Source: Cystobasidiomycetes sp. EMM_F5
Taxonomy: Eukaryota
Direction: 5' to 3'
Assembly (NCBI GenBank): GCA_051047955.1
Contig: JBPGPT010000008.1
Span: 248,001-312,000, forward strand
Length of the DNA: 64,000 nucleotides
The notes under the pieces were generated by a model. The model ran no database searches and was not told where the DNA came from. It was given only the letters and a program-made list of their open reading frames with translations. The position numbers and the translations under genes were made by a program. Shown piece after piece: positions 1 to 13,225 of this stretch; position 1 is the first letter of the stretch, and every line of letters begins with the position of its first letter.

Positions 1-54
1 GTTTCCGACAGCCCAACCTGGTCGCAAATCTGAAGACGGCACAGCGCAGTGGAC

Positions 55-76
55 ACGACGACGACGACGACGACGA
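55..76. repeat. (ACG)n trinucleotide microsatellite upstream of COP1
   Basis: About 7 tandem ACG units (acgacgacgacgacgacgacga). Confidence 0.8.
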
Positions 77-210
77 CAGCGGGCAACGCGACCAGGCTGC
101 GCTAGGCTGATAATTCAAACACAAAAGACTGGCAATTGGACCCGTATTCCGCCCAGACGCGACCGAGGTATCCCCATCCAAAAGACAACGCAAAGAGCTG
201 GTCGCCCATC

Positions 211-3200
211 ATGCAGATGCTCACAAAGGTGCGCACAAGGACCGATATCGCTCCCTCGTATCGCGCAGTCTCGCCGACTGACTCGGGTTTGTGCGAGCAG
301 TTTGAGTCCAAATCCAACAGGGTCAAGGGTATAGCTATGCACAGCAAGCAGCCCCTCCTCGCAGCCTCACTCCACAATGGAAACGTCCAGCTGTGGAATT
401 ATCAGATGGGCACCCTCGTGGGACGGCTGGATGAGCACGACGGTACGCCTTTTGGGGGTTCGAATGTGGACCCGCAATGGTCAAGGATGTGCGAAGTAAT
501 TGTACTGAATGAGTGATTCTCAACAGGACCCGTCCGCGGAATAGCCTTCCACCCAACTCGCGACCTCCTCGTGACGGGAGGAGACGACTACAAAGTCCGA
601 GTTTGGGGTGAATACGCGCAAACGACATGAAGCGTCTGGCTTCCTCACTGACGCGCTGTCACTCTACGCACCACAGACACCAAAGTTCAGAACCGGAAAT
701 GCCTATACACGCTGCACGGCCACCTCGACTATGTCCGGTCATGCCAATTTCACCACGAGATGCCGTGGATTGTGCGTATTTGCGATAGCATACTTTCCTT
801 CTTGGACGCGCAGGCTAACCTGTTCGCACTCTGTACAGCTATCCGCTTCGGATGACCAGACCATCCGCATATGGTCATTCTCATCCAGGCAATGCATAGC
901 CATCCTTACTGGACACAACCACTACATTATGTGTGCACAATTCCACCCAAAAGATGATCTGATCGTATCTGCTTCAATGGACTCGACTGTCCGTGTGTGG
1001 GACATTTCCGGCAAGTCTGACAGTCAAAGTCTATGATTGTACTCTGGCTGATCCATGTTTTGCTGTGATATCAGGCCTTCGCAAAAAGATGACGACTGCT
1101 CAGCCAATGTCGTTTGAAGAGCAGATGCAGCGGGCCAACCAAGGCCAAGCTGATCTGTTTGGCAACACAGACGCAGTCGTAAAGTATGTGTTGGAAGGGC
1201 ACGACAGAGGCGTAAACTGGGCGGCATTCCACCCGACACTGCCGTTGATTGTTTCGTGCGGAGATGACAGACAAGTCAAGCTATGGCGAATGTCAGAGAC
1301 GAAAGCCTGGGAAGTGGATACCTGTCGTGGTCATTTCAACAAGTAAGGCACCGTATAGCATTGATGAGCCAGATGCACTGACGACGTTGTGCGTCGCAGC
1401 GTCTCAGCCGCGCTGTTTCACCCGAAACATGAGCTCATCCTGTCAGTTGCCGAGGACAAGACTATAAGAGTATGGGACATGGGCAAGCGTACATCAGTCC
1501 AGACTTTCCGTCGGGAAAACGACAGGTTCTGGGTGCTAACAGCTCATCCGGAATTGAACCTGTTTGCTGCTGGACACGACAGCGGATTGATCGTCTTCAA
1601 GCTCGACAGGGAACGACCTGCTTTCAATTTACACGGCAACATGCTCTTTTACGTCAGAGACAAGCATGTTCGCGTCAATGATCTCAACACTGGTACAGAT
1701 TCGTCGGTCGTTAGCGTTCGTAAGCTTGGGAATCAATTTACAAGCCCACGGACGCTATCATACAATCCAGCAGAGAAGGCCGTCATTGTCACGTCTGTGA
1801 GTTGTGACAGTGACACCGTCTGCAGACGGCGCGACACTGACGAAGCTCATGCCTACAGCCGTCTGACAATGGCCTGTACGAGGTTGTATCTCTGCCACGC
1901 GACACGGCTTCAGGCGAGGTCCGAGATTCGACCATCGATGGCAAACGCGGTTCCGGATCATCTGCTTTGTTCGTTGCGCGTAACCGGTTCGCAGTCCTTG
2001 ACAAGGCTGCTCAGACCATCGAGATTCGCGACCTCAGCAACAGCATCACAAAGAGCATCAAATGTCCTGTCCAGACCAACGACATTTTTTATGGCGGTAC
2101 AGCTTGTGTGCTCCTCTCGACGGGTACCGCAGTAGTACTGTTTGATATCCAGCAGCAAAAAATCTTGGGAGAGATTGCTACCCCGCCGGTCAAGTATGTC
2201 GTGTGGAATGCAGACGGCAACATGGTAGCTCTCCTTAGCAAACACAGTGGGTGTCTTCGCCCGCAATATCCTTGATACACTAGCTGACGATTCCGCAGCC
2301 ATAATGATTGCAAACAAGCTGCTCAGTCAGAGCTGCCTTGTACATGAGACTATCCGCATCAAGTCTGCTGCTTGGGATGATACGGGAGTCCTCATCTATT
2401 CGACTCTGAATCACATCAAGTACTCCCTTCCACAAGGGTGAGTGCCAGGATGGCCATACATTTCAAATTGGCATGACTGATGCATGCTGCTTGAAGTGAC
2501 AATGGCATTATCAAGACCCTCGACCAGCCTGTCTACCTTACGCGCGTCAAGGGCAAGGTCCTGCATTGCTTGGACAGAGCGGCCAAGCCCAAGACTATCG
2601 CCATCGACCCGACCGAGTACCGATTCAAGCTAGCATTGGTTCGCCAAAACTACGACGAAGTGCTCCACATTATTCGTACCTCGAATTTGGTTGGACAGAG
2701 CATCATCGCGTATCTGCAAAAGAAGGGCTACCCGGAAATCGCATTACATTTCGTCCAGGAGCCCAGTACGCGTTTCGATCTGGCCATCGAGTGCGGTAAT
2801 CTGGACGTTGCACTTGAAACGGCGGGCATTCTTGCTCGAGATGATGCCTGGAATCGCCTTGCTCAGCAAGCACTGAGACAGGGCAATCACAAGGTTGTCG
2901 AGATCTGCTACCAACGTACTAAGAATTTCGACAAGTTATCATTCTTGTATCTCGTCAATGGCAACCAAGACAAGCTTGCAAAGATGCTCAAGATTAGCGA
3001 GATGCGCGGCGATCCTATGTCTCGCTTCAACAACGCCTTGTACCTCGGTAACGTCGCAGCCCGTGTACAGACTTTGAGGGACGTCGGCATGTATCCATTG
3101 GCTTACGCTACTGCCAAGACGAATGGCCTGGATGAGCTAGCCCGAGAGATTCTGGCTGAAGCGGATATTTCGGAAGAGCAAGCAGCCGAAATCGTGCTTC

Positions 3201-4616
3201 CGCAGAAGAAATCCACACTTCATCCTCCGCACTCGCTTCCGTCTGCAAGTGATGCCAATTGGCCATCCGTTGGTATCGTCGAGAGCTTCTTTGATCAAGC
3301 ACTTAATCAGGCTGCTCAGGGCGATGCTGTAGCCAGCTCTTCCCAGCTTCACGCCAACGGACTGGACAACGGTAGTAATGATCTGGATGAATGGGCGGGT
3401 GAAGGTGAAGGCGTGATGGAAGAGGAGGAGCGAGCGGCAGAAGAAGAAGCTTGGGACATAGCTGCAGAGGAGCCCGCCCAGACCTCGCAAATTGCAGCCG
3501 CTATCGCCGTCGAAGAAGATGATGAAGGTGCACCAGCTGCTCAAGCAGAAGCTGTCGACGTGACGCCCGGCATCAGCGAGTCCGCTTTATGGGCACGCAA
3601 CTCACCTCTGGCTGCAGATCACGTTGCAGCCGGGTCATTCGAAACAGCTATGTCTCTGCTCAATCGACAAGTCGGAGCAGTTAATTTTGCGCCGCTCAAG
3701 CCTATATTCATGCAAATATACGGAGCATCGAAAATGTACGTCCAAGCGAACGCCTCGTTACCTCCCATCACTGTACATTTGCGTCGCGACCCTGCAAACA
3801 CCGATCCGAGAAGCCTTCTTCCTGTCGCAGTCAAGTCGATACAATCCATTACCGGTACCGAGTTGAAGGCGGCGTATACAGCGTTCAATCGTGCCAAATT
3901 TGCCGAATGTCTCGATATATTCCGTTCTATCCTCCATGCGCTGCTACTGGTGGTTGCTTCTTCGCCTGCCGAAGAGACAGAGGTATCTCTCCATATGATG
4001 CTGAACTCTCGTGCTTGATGCTGACTTCGTTACTGCTTCAGATTCGCGAACTCATTACCATTTCCCGCGAATACATTCTTGGCGTTTCGATTGAGCTTGA
4101 ACGAAAACGCGTCACCGCAGCGGAACCGCAAAACATTAAGCGACAGCTCGAACTCACTGCCTACTTCACGCATGTCAAGCTGCAAGCGGCCCACCAGGTC
4201 TTGACACTACGTCAAGCTATGAGCAACTTTACAAAAGCTCGCAACTATCCCCTTGCTGCGACTTTTGCAAAACGCGTGTCAGATCTTTCGCAAGACGAGC
4301 GAGTCTTGACATCCGTAAGTCTGGAACGAAAGACAAGGAGTGGGGACTTTTCGCTGATTATCGCTTCCGATAGGCTCGGCAAGTTTTGGCCGCAAGCGAT
4401 CGCAATCCTCAAAATGCCGTTGCAGTCGACTACGACCACTTCAGCGAATTTACTGTTTGTGCGGCATCATTGACCCCCATCTACGCTGGACAGCCAGATG
4501 TGCAAGATCCTTATACCGGCGCGCAATACAAGCCAGAATACAAGGGGAGATTGTGCACGATCACGCAAGTCACAGAGGTCGGAAAGGCAGCCAGTGGATT
4601 GAGGTTGTCTGTATGA
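211..4616 (+). CDS. COP1: Coatomer subunit alpha (alpha-COP), multi-exon
   Basis: Spliced N-terminus [22 protein letters not shown]40 repeats ([26 protein letters not shown]); [13 protein letters not shown]-terminus [15 protein letters not shown]. One intron is GC-AG (1011-1074). Confidence 0.96.
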
Positions 4617-4852
4617 TCTTGCGTGTCGAATTGCGCATTGTATAAGTCAAGCTAAATGAGTCACAATGTACCGCTGCACAAAGGGGCTACTACTGTGGAG
4701 CTTAACGATAGAATTTTTACGATGCAGTGCATGAAAATACGTATTACAGAAACTCCCCCAGAAAGACATCCATAATGTGTGTTTTCCGTTGCCCTGGACC
4801 TGGAAGCGAACCGCTAGGTCTGGCTAATGCATTTATGTCTGAGCTGGTGCTG

Positions 4853-5904
4853 CTACGAGAGCATTTTTTCAATATAATCAGGCAGAGGAGCCTTGTTGTA
4901 CGAGCTTGGCTCCGCCTGGTAGAACTGCTCTCGCTTGTGGATGACACCGGTCCTAAAGGTGTAGTCAGTATAGTATACAATTGCATGCACGGGCCGCGAC
5001 TCACCAGTATTTCGACGCATAACCTTCGATGTCTTCCTTCTCATCATTCGGGCCGCCGCGGCGTATCTTGGCAGATGCCATCTCGATATCAAATGCGATG
5101 ACTCGGGTCGATTTCAGCTAAGACAGTGATGCTTATCAGTTTCAGTATATTGAAGAATCATAATCTCATATTGGCCTGACCTCAACTTCGCTTGTCTCTC
5201 GCGATAAAGTCCATCGGTCTCCTTCTGTACCGTCCGGAGCGCGAAAGGAGTGATTTGTTATGCGCGTCAGCGCGTCGTTTTTCTCTGTCGGATCGCTTAT
5301 GAAGCGAGTGAGGCCGTCTACAGAGCCAGCCTTAGTGGTCATCTGGCCGCATGTGAGCACGCTGCAACATACATAGAACTGCAGATTCGTAATTCATGCT
5401 ACGGCATGGTTAGATGGAGTCAAGGCGAGCGTTGGCGGACTCGCTTACCTGCTGTGAAAGGGTGACATGGCTACGACGACTCCGTCAACATTGGTGAAAG
5501 CCAGACATGCCTTCACTTCACCGTCGTCGGACAGTACTTTGAGCAGACGCGAGCTCAGATGGCCATGTAAATAGATCCTGCGGCCTAGTAAGCGGGTGTA
5601 TAGCTCTTTTCGTATCATGTCAGCCCTACACATTGTCCTTGCGACCAAATATCATCGGTATGATGGCTGCGGGGAAATCGATATCAACAATATCTGATTT
5701 CTTTCGGCGCAACTGTCGTATCGACTCACTTGGCCAATCATCGGCATCGCTTTGCGCATCTTCTGATTGAGGTAATCTGAAGGTCGCATGGCAAATAGCA
5801 GCACGGTCGATGGCAGCATAGACGCTTTCCTCGTCGTACGCTGCGCGCTGGGCCAGCCGCTGGACGCGATTGGGAGCTTTGCGGGATGATGGCTCAAAAG
5901 CCAT
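4853..5904 (-). CDS. Flavin-nucleotide-binding split-barrel protein (pyridoxamine 5'-phosphate oxidase-like / NimA-like), multi-exon
   Basis: Spliced peptide: NRVQRLAQRAAYD...IYLHGHLSSRLL...VDGVVVAMSPFHSSMNYESAV...ASAKIRRGGPNDEKED...YWTGVI, typical of this family. Confidence 0.8.
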
Positions 5905-6225
5905 GGCTGAGGAGGATTAGTGATGCGGAAACCACTGGTCAGCTCAGTTTAAAATGATCCGGAGCACATCGCTTCACGAGTCAGCATCGTAACGAGTCAG
6001 GCGAGTTGCTCCCGGCAAACGAGCTTGTCGACGTCTTTTAAGCGAAGTCTCTCAAAAGCGCAGGCGACCGTAGAATCTTTGCATGCAGCTCTGAAGTACA
6101 GCTGCTGCGTCATGCTTTTGCTCTATGGCTACATTGATGGCTTTAGAACCACTGCCTAATGTGCAGAGTCCCGCTCGAGCCGGAAGATATGGATCGGCCT
6201 GCGGGCCCCCTTCTCCACCACACGC

Positions 6226-8026
6226 TCAGAAGTAGTTGCTCTGATGTTGAGGCTGATCGACCTCACTCCCGTCGCTATCCTCGTCTCCATCATCCACCAA
6301 GCCCATACCACTGACGTGCCTCGCAAGGTCAGGAAGCATTGACTGAGCACCGCCTTTCCGTGATCCGAAGGCTGCCTGAGGGAGTGAGAAAGTCTTGATG
6401 GCGAGCACGGAACGGCCGCCTGGCACAGCAGATAAGAGGGTGGTTTCCGGCGTGACCGGCTGAAACAAGACCTACAAGTATACAAGGTCAGGACTTCGGC
6501 AGAAGGAATAGGAGGGCGAGTACCCACCGTGTCGTTGATGCGTTTGTACGCCTTTATGAAGCCGTCGATGTCATCCAATTCCTCAGTTATTCTGTCTTTC
6601 CGCTTAGCTCGCTCAACCTTGCCCTTTTTCAGCGGCAGAACCGTTTTCGAGCGGTCTTGTAGGGCGAGTAGACCATTTCTGGACAAGACTAACCACCCAA
6701 GAGCTGTACCGGTGTTACTGCTGTTCTCGCCGGCATCCACCCCTAGCCATTTGTATCCCAAACTTGAAGAAAAGGCCCGACCGTCTGTCATGTATGTACG
6801 AAAGTCAGGTGCTATCCCATCTGACGCTTCACTATCGCTCCCTCGAGTCGTCAATGCGGGCCTGTCCCGCTTGATGCTATTTAGTAGCTTTTGAGCCCCA
6901 CCCGTAGTCGGCCCGACAGATTTGGCCAGAGCTCTGCTAGATTCGTACAAGTTGTAGACGTTGAGGTATAGTTTGGCAAGAAGTGATGGCGACGGGTGAG
7001 ATGCGGGTAAAGGCGGTCCAGGTGTGATGGTAGCCTGCGCAACCATGATAGATTTCGACATTAAACGCCGTATTGCGAGCTTTTCTGCGTCGGCCAAACA
7101 TAATCTGTCGATTACGACAGAATGAGCTCCTGCTTGGATTTCACGTATGAAAAGCTTACTTGGACAAGGCGCTACTCACTTCCTTCGTCAATTCTGGTGT
7201 CCTTGCTTTCAAGCCCCCCGCGGCTGATTCCCATCGCGGGATAGCTGTCTCCGATAGGTACTTCAGTACGCCCGCGGCCTGACATAGCAGGTCAGCGGCT
7301 GCATTGATTCGCTCGTCTCCGCGCTTGCGGTCTGCATCTGATGTGTTTGCATGGCGCTCGTATTGCCCTGTAGACTGAGCAGTAGACGTTGCCAAGTTGC
7401 TGAGTGCCAGAGCATAGGAGAGGAGAACGAAGCATAATTCGAAATGACTGGATTGGTCCAAAAATGAGTCTCAGCATTCTCCAAGCAAGCTCGATGACAG
7501 TTAGTGACGTACAATGAAGTCATAACCACCCTTCCGGATCCCGATTTGCGCATACCAGCAGACAGACACGGTCTCCAAGCAAAGGCTGGTGTGAGCAATT
7601 CATTAAGCATGGGTGTGTGGTGTGACAGGCTCAAAGTGGGTGCAGTATCGTCGACGTACATGGTTCCCCCTTCAAAAGCAGGAGATCATCAGTTTCGAGG
7701 CAATGAACGATTGCAAGAAGGTGAGGAAGATATTCTTGCAGAGCCTGTGTCAGTGAACCGATATTGTCGATATCCAGCCGCGCCAAGCATGACCACAAAT
7801 CAGCTTCAAACCCATTCCGGCTCTGGCAACTCTCACGCACAGCTACGCATCCAGCCCAATCCTTGTTTGCAGCTTCAGCCCGTCTGGCTTCCTTGAGCGC
7901 TGTCCGAACGCGACCTCGAGCAGCTCCAGCTCTGGCCAAGTCTGCTGCATGGACGTTGTCGGGATCCGAGACGAGCGACGACAGCCTCACAGCCCCAGTT
8001 GTAGGCAGAGAGTACAGGTAGCTCAT
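6226..8026 (-). CDS. palC: pH-response regulator PalC (BRO1-like domain), multi-exon
   Basis: N-terminus MSYLYSLPTTGAV; ALQEYLPHL; FAWRPCLS; ELCFVLLSYALALSNLA; KWLGVDAGE; YKRINDTV/FQPV; PGGRSVL; C-terminal NYF*. Confidence 0.8.
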
Positions 8027-9221
8027 GGTCTGCAATCACGTAGAGTTTTGGTGCTTCATATTGCGATTGGAGCAGGAGCAACAACTCGTCAAAATACCAC
8101 ACCGCGACCGAGCAAGAAATTGGCAAAACCATGTCGCTTTGAGCCATCTCATTTGGCACTGCCAAAGCTGTTTACTCCTTTCCAGCAACATGTCTCAGAA
8201 CGTTGAGAAGCTATAGCTACAAGCGGGAAACTGCGAAAAAGACTGGTTGTCTCCAAAAGACGGAGAAGAACCATTCCATGTACTCTACTGCATGCAGATT
8301 AGGTCACAAAGTAGGGGTACTGCATGCGGAACTGAAGTACTGAGGTATTGACGCTGAAAGGGCGTGTCGTGTATATCGGACGTCGTGAGAGGACGTAGTA
8401 TTGGTACAGGATTCACCATGCAGTGTGCACAGTATCGAAAAATCGTAACAGTGAACTCGAAAGTCGGTTCAGCCAAGCTGAGCCGTACGCGAGATGAAGT
8501 GTAACAAAGCATTCCAGCCAGAAAGTATTCCGGATAGCGATTGTGGTTTGATGTGTGACGATGCATAGACACTGGGTCCGGGCATGTCACGAAGCGAGAG
8601 TGTGAAGCCGCCGTACGCATGACGCGCCAGCATCGCGGCCTGTTTGAAAGCATTTACTTTTCCAAGTAAGTGTTGTTACACGGATCCATCCAAGGATTGA
8701 GAAGGTATTCGCAGGACCAAGCCAAAGATGAAAGAGACGGACAATTCCAGCAAGGTTCGTCGAACTAGTCATTCAAGCCGGAGTAAGAGAAAGAACAGAA
8801 AGAAAAGAAAGCAGACGCGTGGTACTGCAATGGACTCGCCATCGCATATAATTGCTTGATGCGGTCCTGGCAGAAGCGTTGGATACGCGAAAGAAATGCA
8901 AGAATTGCTGTAAAGAAAGACAGAAAGGCGATGTCGCCCACAGCTTGGTCCACACAATCGTGGCAAGTTTTCGTTTGTGATAATTTCGTAGTGTCGGGGG
9001 AGGGTGTCTTGTGTAGTTTTCGGGACTGTCTATGATTCTTTTGGGAGCTTCTTGAACTTGTCGGGACTGTCTGTTTTGAATGTACCGGTCATGTCAAGAT
9101 TGTCCGTAGATAAAAAAAGGGGAATGGATCGTGTGAAGATTTCGTTGAAGCGTAGTGGGTTGTATGGCTCTCTCCGGAACAATCCACACTGTGCATCTGG
9201 CGGGAAGGCACGGTTTGGGTT

Positions 9222-10394
9222 CTAATGTATCGACGAGCCGCGACGGTGATCCCCAAACAAGGTGATGTTTGCGATACCTAGCCCGATGCCGTCCAACGAC
9301 AATCTCTCAATGCAGACTTCTTGGGTCGTTTCGCCCTTCAGGATCATTGGTTCCGCCGCCGCAGACCAAATCATTGTGGGGACGACAGAACTCTGTGGGG
9401 TAGGAGGCTGAATGCACTTAGCGTGCATAGCTGGTCGGGCCGTCTTGATAGTATCTCGGACCTCATCTTGTGCAAATGCGTCTCTAGTCAGGCGAGCCAT
9501 CTGTTCCAATGCCGGAGATTTCTGGAGTAGTACGCGCCTGCGAGATCTGCCTCTTATGTCTGCTGTTTCACTGGCATTGGCTTTCGCACAGGCATGGCCA
9601 GGCGACAGAGGGACCAGTGTCCGTCTGGCAGTCTTTCTCGGTCTCATCATCTGCTTTGTCGGAATGTCATCAATGTCTGCATCTTCCTCGCTGAGTGTTG
9701 TGCTGCCGTCACTCTCGGCCATGCTATCGACATTTGGCGATTGTCCGAGGAAGAAAGACACTTTGCGCTTTCGGCCTCTACTGCTTTTTGTGCCTGCACG
9801 TACCGTTCGTACAGACGGCTGCGTGTCATTTTCAGGCGAACTGAATGAAAGGTCTGGCGACTTTGGCGTATAAGGTGTCGGTGCGATGATGGAGATTGGT
9901 GGTAGAAGTGAGATTGTAGCGGTATTGTCAGTCGCCAAAATCTTTTCCGCGTGCGACGGGACAAGCGGAGGCATCGACTGTAACTCCATAAACCCCCGAC
10001 CGATTCTGGCTGTCGCTGGAGCAGAGGAGGGTACGCGTGAGAGAGGAACCAGAGGTGGAGAAGCAGCGGAAGCGTAGAAGCTGTTTGATCGGACGTAGGG
10101 GCTCATGCCAGCAGAGGAGGAAAGAGCAGGTGAGCGATGGAGCGATGATATAGCAGACGAGGAAGACGATGACCAAGCACTTCGAAGCTGGTCATTGCCG
10201 TTGAAGGAGCCGTAGCCTGCCCATCCTGCCCCGCTCGTGACAGCAGGTCCAATGTCATCGGGGTTAAAGTCCTCATCGCTGTCAGTATAGACCAAAGATC
10301 CACGAGAGTGCAATGGCGGAGGCAGTAGCTGAGCGCGAGACTGCATTCGCGGTGTGCTGGGTGGATGTGGTTGTGAAGTGGCAAAATCGATCAT
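9222..10394 (-). CDS. Hypothetical Ser/Pro-rich, probably disordered protein
   Basis: Uninterrupted ORF of about 390 codons from MIDFATSQ; no recognised domain. Start uncertain; an upstream GTAAGT donor lies near 10590. Confidence 0.55.
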   Translation of the reverse strand: MIDFATSQPHPPSTPRMQSRAQLLPPPLHSRGSLVYTDSDEDFNPDDIGPAVTSGAGWAGYGSFNGNDQLRSAWSSSSSSAISSLHRSPALSSSAGMSPYVRSNSFYASAASPPLVPLSRVPSSAPATARIGRGFMELQSMPPLVPSHAEKILATDNTATISLLPPISIIAPTPYTPKSPDLSFSSPENDTQPSVRTVRAGTKSSRGRKRKVSFFLGQSPNVDSMAESDGSTTLSEEDADIDDIPTKQMMRPRKTARRTLVPLSPGHACAKANASETADIRGRSRRRVLLQKSPALEQMARLTRDAFAQDEVRDTIKTARPAMHAKCIQPPTPQSSVVPTMIWSAAAEPMILKGETTQEVCIERLSLDGIGLGIANITLFGDHRRGSSIH

Positions 10395-11459
10395 CCTCAG
10401 GCTGCAGGACGGGACGGAGAGCGGGAGTGTATGGGCGCAGTCAGTCAGAGGCAGAGGCATCAGCACACGGCCGCCGGTGGAATAGCAATGAGTGGATGTA
10501 TTTCCGTTAGAGTACGCGTAGTTACAGTCAAGAGCACTGGTCAGTCTGGGTTTCGACAGCAGCCAAGCGGGAAGCGAGAGGAGGACTTACGGAGCGTCCA
10601 GGTGTATCCGCGTATGCCTGGTGTCCCGCGTCGTGTGTATGCCTTGCACGCTGCACGCGTCTCGAGGCTCCCTTTACAGTTTACGCGTCTCTTTACGCGT
10701 CGATTTCTTGACCGGAATGAGGGTGGGACTTAGCAGTCGCGTCGCGGTGCTTGGACGTGACTGAGCGTGGATTTCGTGCGGTGCTTGCTATGTTATAAGG
10801 GTGTCGTGTCGTGTAAATGTTCCAGATCCAGCTGCACAAGGGAAGGGTGTTGGGAGAGAAGTCGGTGGGCAGCAGAGCAGCAGGGCAGAGTGGGATGGGC
10901 GGGTGCTGCAAAGATTGGGTCTGGCAAGCTGCTTCGAAGCTAGCTACTCTTTTGTAGACTGTATGCTCAATAGCGCTGCATACTCGTTGTAGGCGTCTGC
11001 CTGCTGCCACGCTTGCTTTTGGCTCCACGTTGGGTGACATGCCATCGTGTCAAACCACAACATCCAGACAAAAGCGAACCATTAGAATCAAAAGAACGGC
11101 GACAATGCATTGTGCAGACTGAAAAAAGATCCGCTAGACTGCTACGCAAAGGTCTGGTGTGCAAGTAGCCGAGATGGGGCAGAGACTCAAGAATGTCTGC
11201 AAAGCAGCCGGTTACCTACACAGACATCGTCATAGAACGTTTCGTGAGTTATATCAAAGACAGTGGTAGTATCAAATAGAATAAACAATGAAAAGATGGC
11301 TAATCGTATGAAGCGGGAAAGGAAGAGGCAAAAACAAGAGAATGTGGTTTCTAAGGATAGCCGATTGCTCATACGTCCATCCTGCACTCCTCTCCACTGA
11401 CCGGCTCATTGCGCGAGCCTAGACACAGTACTCTGTCGGATGCCCTCTGTTCAAGTTTC

Positions 11460-12369
11460 TTACGCTGCCAGCGCGAAGATCAGAGCACCGATGAGCAGGC
11501 CAGAGGCAGCCTTGAGTGTAGCGGCAGAGTTAGGCTTGGACGAAGTGGCAGCTGGCGAGCTTGAGGCACTGGCAGCATTGTTGTTGATGCCAGAAGAGAC
11601 TGGCTTGCTAGTCACGACGACAGATGTTGGCGTAATCAAAGTGGCCATCGAGCTGCTGAACGAGACGGGCGCGGCGGCAGACGAAGTTAAGGGTTGACGG
11701 CCGCTAGAGCTCGATGCGACCACAACGTTGCCGCCAGCGCTCGAAGAGACAGCGGCGCTTGAGGCACCGGCTGCGCAGTTGGTGACGGTGCCGGGTTGGA
11801 TCGTGACCTTGTCCGAGTAGCTGGATGGGTAGACAGAAGCGTCAGCGAGCGTTGTCAGACAGCGGAACCGACACTCACTTGATGGCACCGGTCGAATCTG
11901 TGACTCTGACCGTCACAGACTGGCCAGAGGCGAGATCAACGAGCCTGTTAAATGCCAATGGTCAAACGGGCAATATGAAGAGTTTTGATACGAACGCACC
12001 ATGTGTACGAAGTGCCGGTCTGCTGGGGCAGGTTCTCGAGTGCTGCGGCGCTGGGCTGACCACCTATACAGAATTGGCCACCGACGTGTCAGCGGGCACG
12101 TCTGTCAAGTGGCACGTCAGGCAGTGACCCGACGTTTGAGCACTGACCTGGAATGATTGCAAGGTAGTATGGCGCTACACCGTCACCCCATGACAGGAGC
12201 GTGGGCTGGCATTGAATGAGGCTGTCGGAGTTGTCAACAATGGAGCCGATCGACGCGCCTCTGGCAGCGGAAAAACGACTCACGCAGAAGGAGTGTTGAT
12301 GGTAAGGGCAGACGCGACGGCGAAGAGGGAGGCCGAGACGGCGAGTGTGGTAGCCTTGCTGGAGAACAT
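11460..12369 (-). CDS. Secreted Ser/Ala-rich, probably GPI-anchored cell-wall protein, multi-exon
   Basis: Signal peptide MFSSKATTLAVSASLFAVASA; LTINTP/LIQCQPTLLSWGDGVAPYYLAIIPG; Ser-rich stalk; hydrophobic tail GLLIGALIFALAA*. Confidence 0.82.
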
Positions 12370-13225
12370 GCTGTCCGACTTTGCTGTGTATTTGTTGGCT
12401 GGTGGGCTGTATGTACTTGAGGGTGTTCTCGCGAGAATGAGATGGACTACCGGTCAACAGTAGCGCAGTACGTCTCGACGATGGTGTGTGTGCGTGCGTA
12501 AGAGTCCGCTGTGGTCGCAACAAGGTTGCTCGATGGCTTGAAGGCAGAAAAGTTTGGTAGGGAAAAGAAAGATGGCCTGAAATTCCAAGGCAATCGCCGT
12601 GAAGGAGATGAGGCGGGCTGGGGGTGAGGAATGCTGGCGAAAAATTGAAACGCAAAATAGTTGGTTACCCAATCAGAAAGTAAGGTCTGGGACGTGTGAG
12701 GTCAGGGTTCTCGTAGCTCCGGAGCTGGATTCACAGCTAGAACGCCAAAGGGAGGTCCTCAATTTGATTAACTTTCAGATTGCAATGAACAATGATGCTT
12801 TACAACGGGCTTTCCGCTGAAACTTGTTGTACGAGGGCTGACGTGCGCGCGCACAGCACAGTGTGCTTTCCCAAACGTGTCTGCAAGGCAAGGCAGATGG
12901 ATTCGGACGCTAAGGTAGACATCAGGGTTTCACGGTTCTTACAATGGCAGGCTATCATCAAATATCGACATAGCCCTGGCCATGACTACTTTTGAAGAGT
13001 GTTTACGTTTGTACGAGATGCCCAGCGTGGTCTCGCCTTACAACGTTGGCTGAACTTTCAGTATGTACTGTACCTGACACGCGTCTTGCGGAGATTGGGC
13101 AACATCTCGACCTCACTTACTATGCGCCCTACAGGGATGTCATCTTGCCATAAGCGCAATGACAATGTCGGAAAACAAATTTCGTCACGCCGGCTGTATT
13201 GCGCTGATGTGTCGGAAACTTGGAC

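Noticed and set aside
8765..8966. Three short overlapping minus-strand ORFs with hydrophobic translations
   Set aside because: Non-ATG starts, and the hydrophobicity comes from a low-complexity purine/pyrimidine tract. Probably UTR or intergenic sequence.
9020..9072. Direct repeat TCGGGACTGTCT, two copies
   Set aside because: Only two short copies, with no array or element structure.
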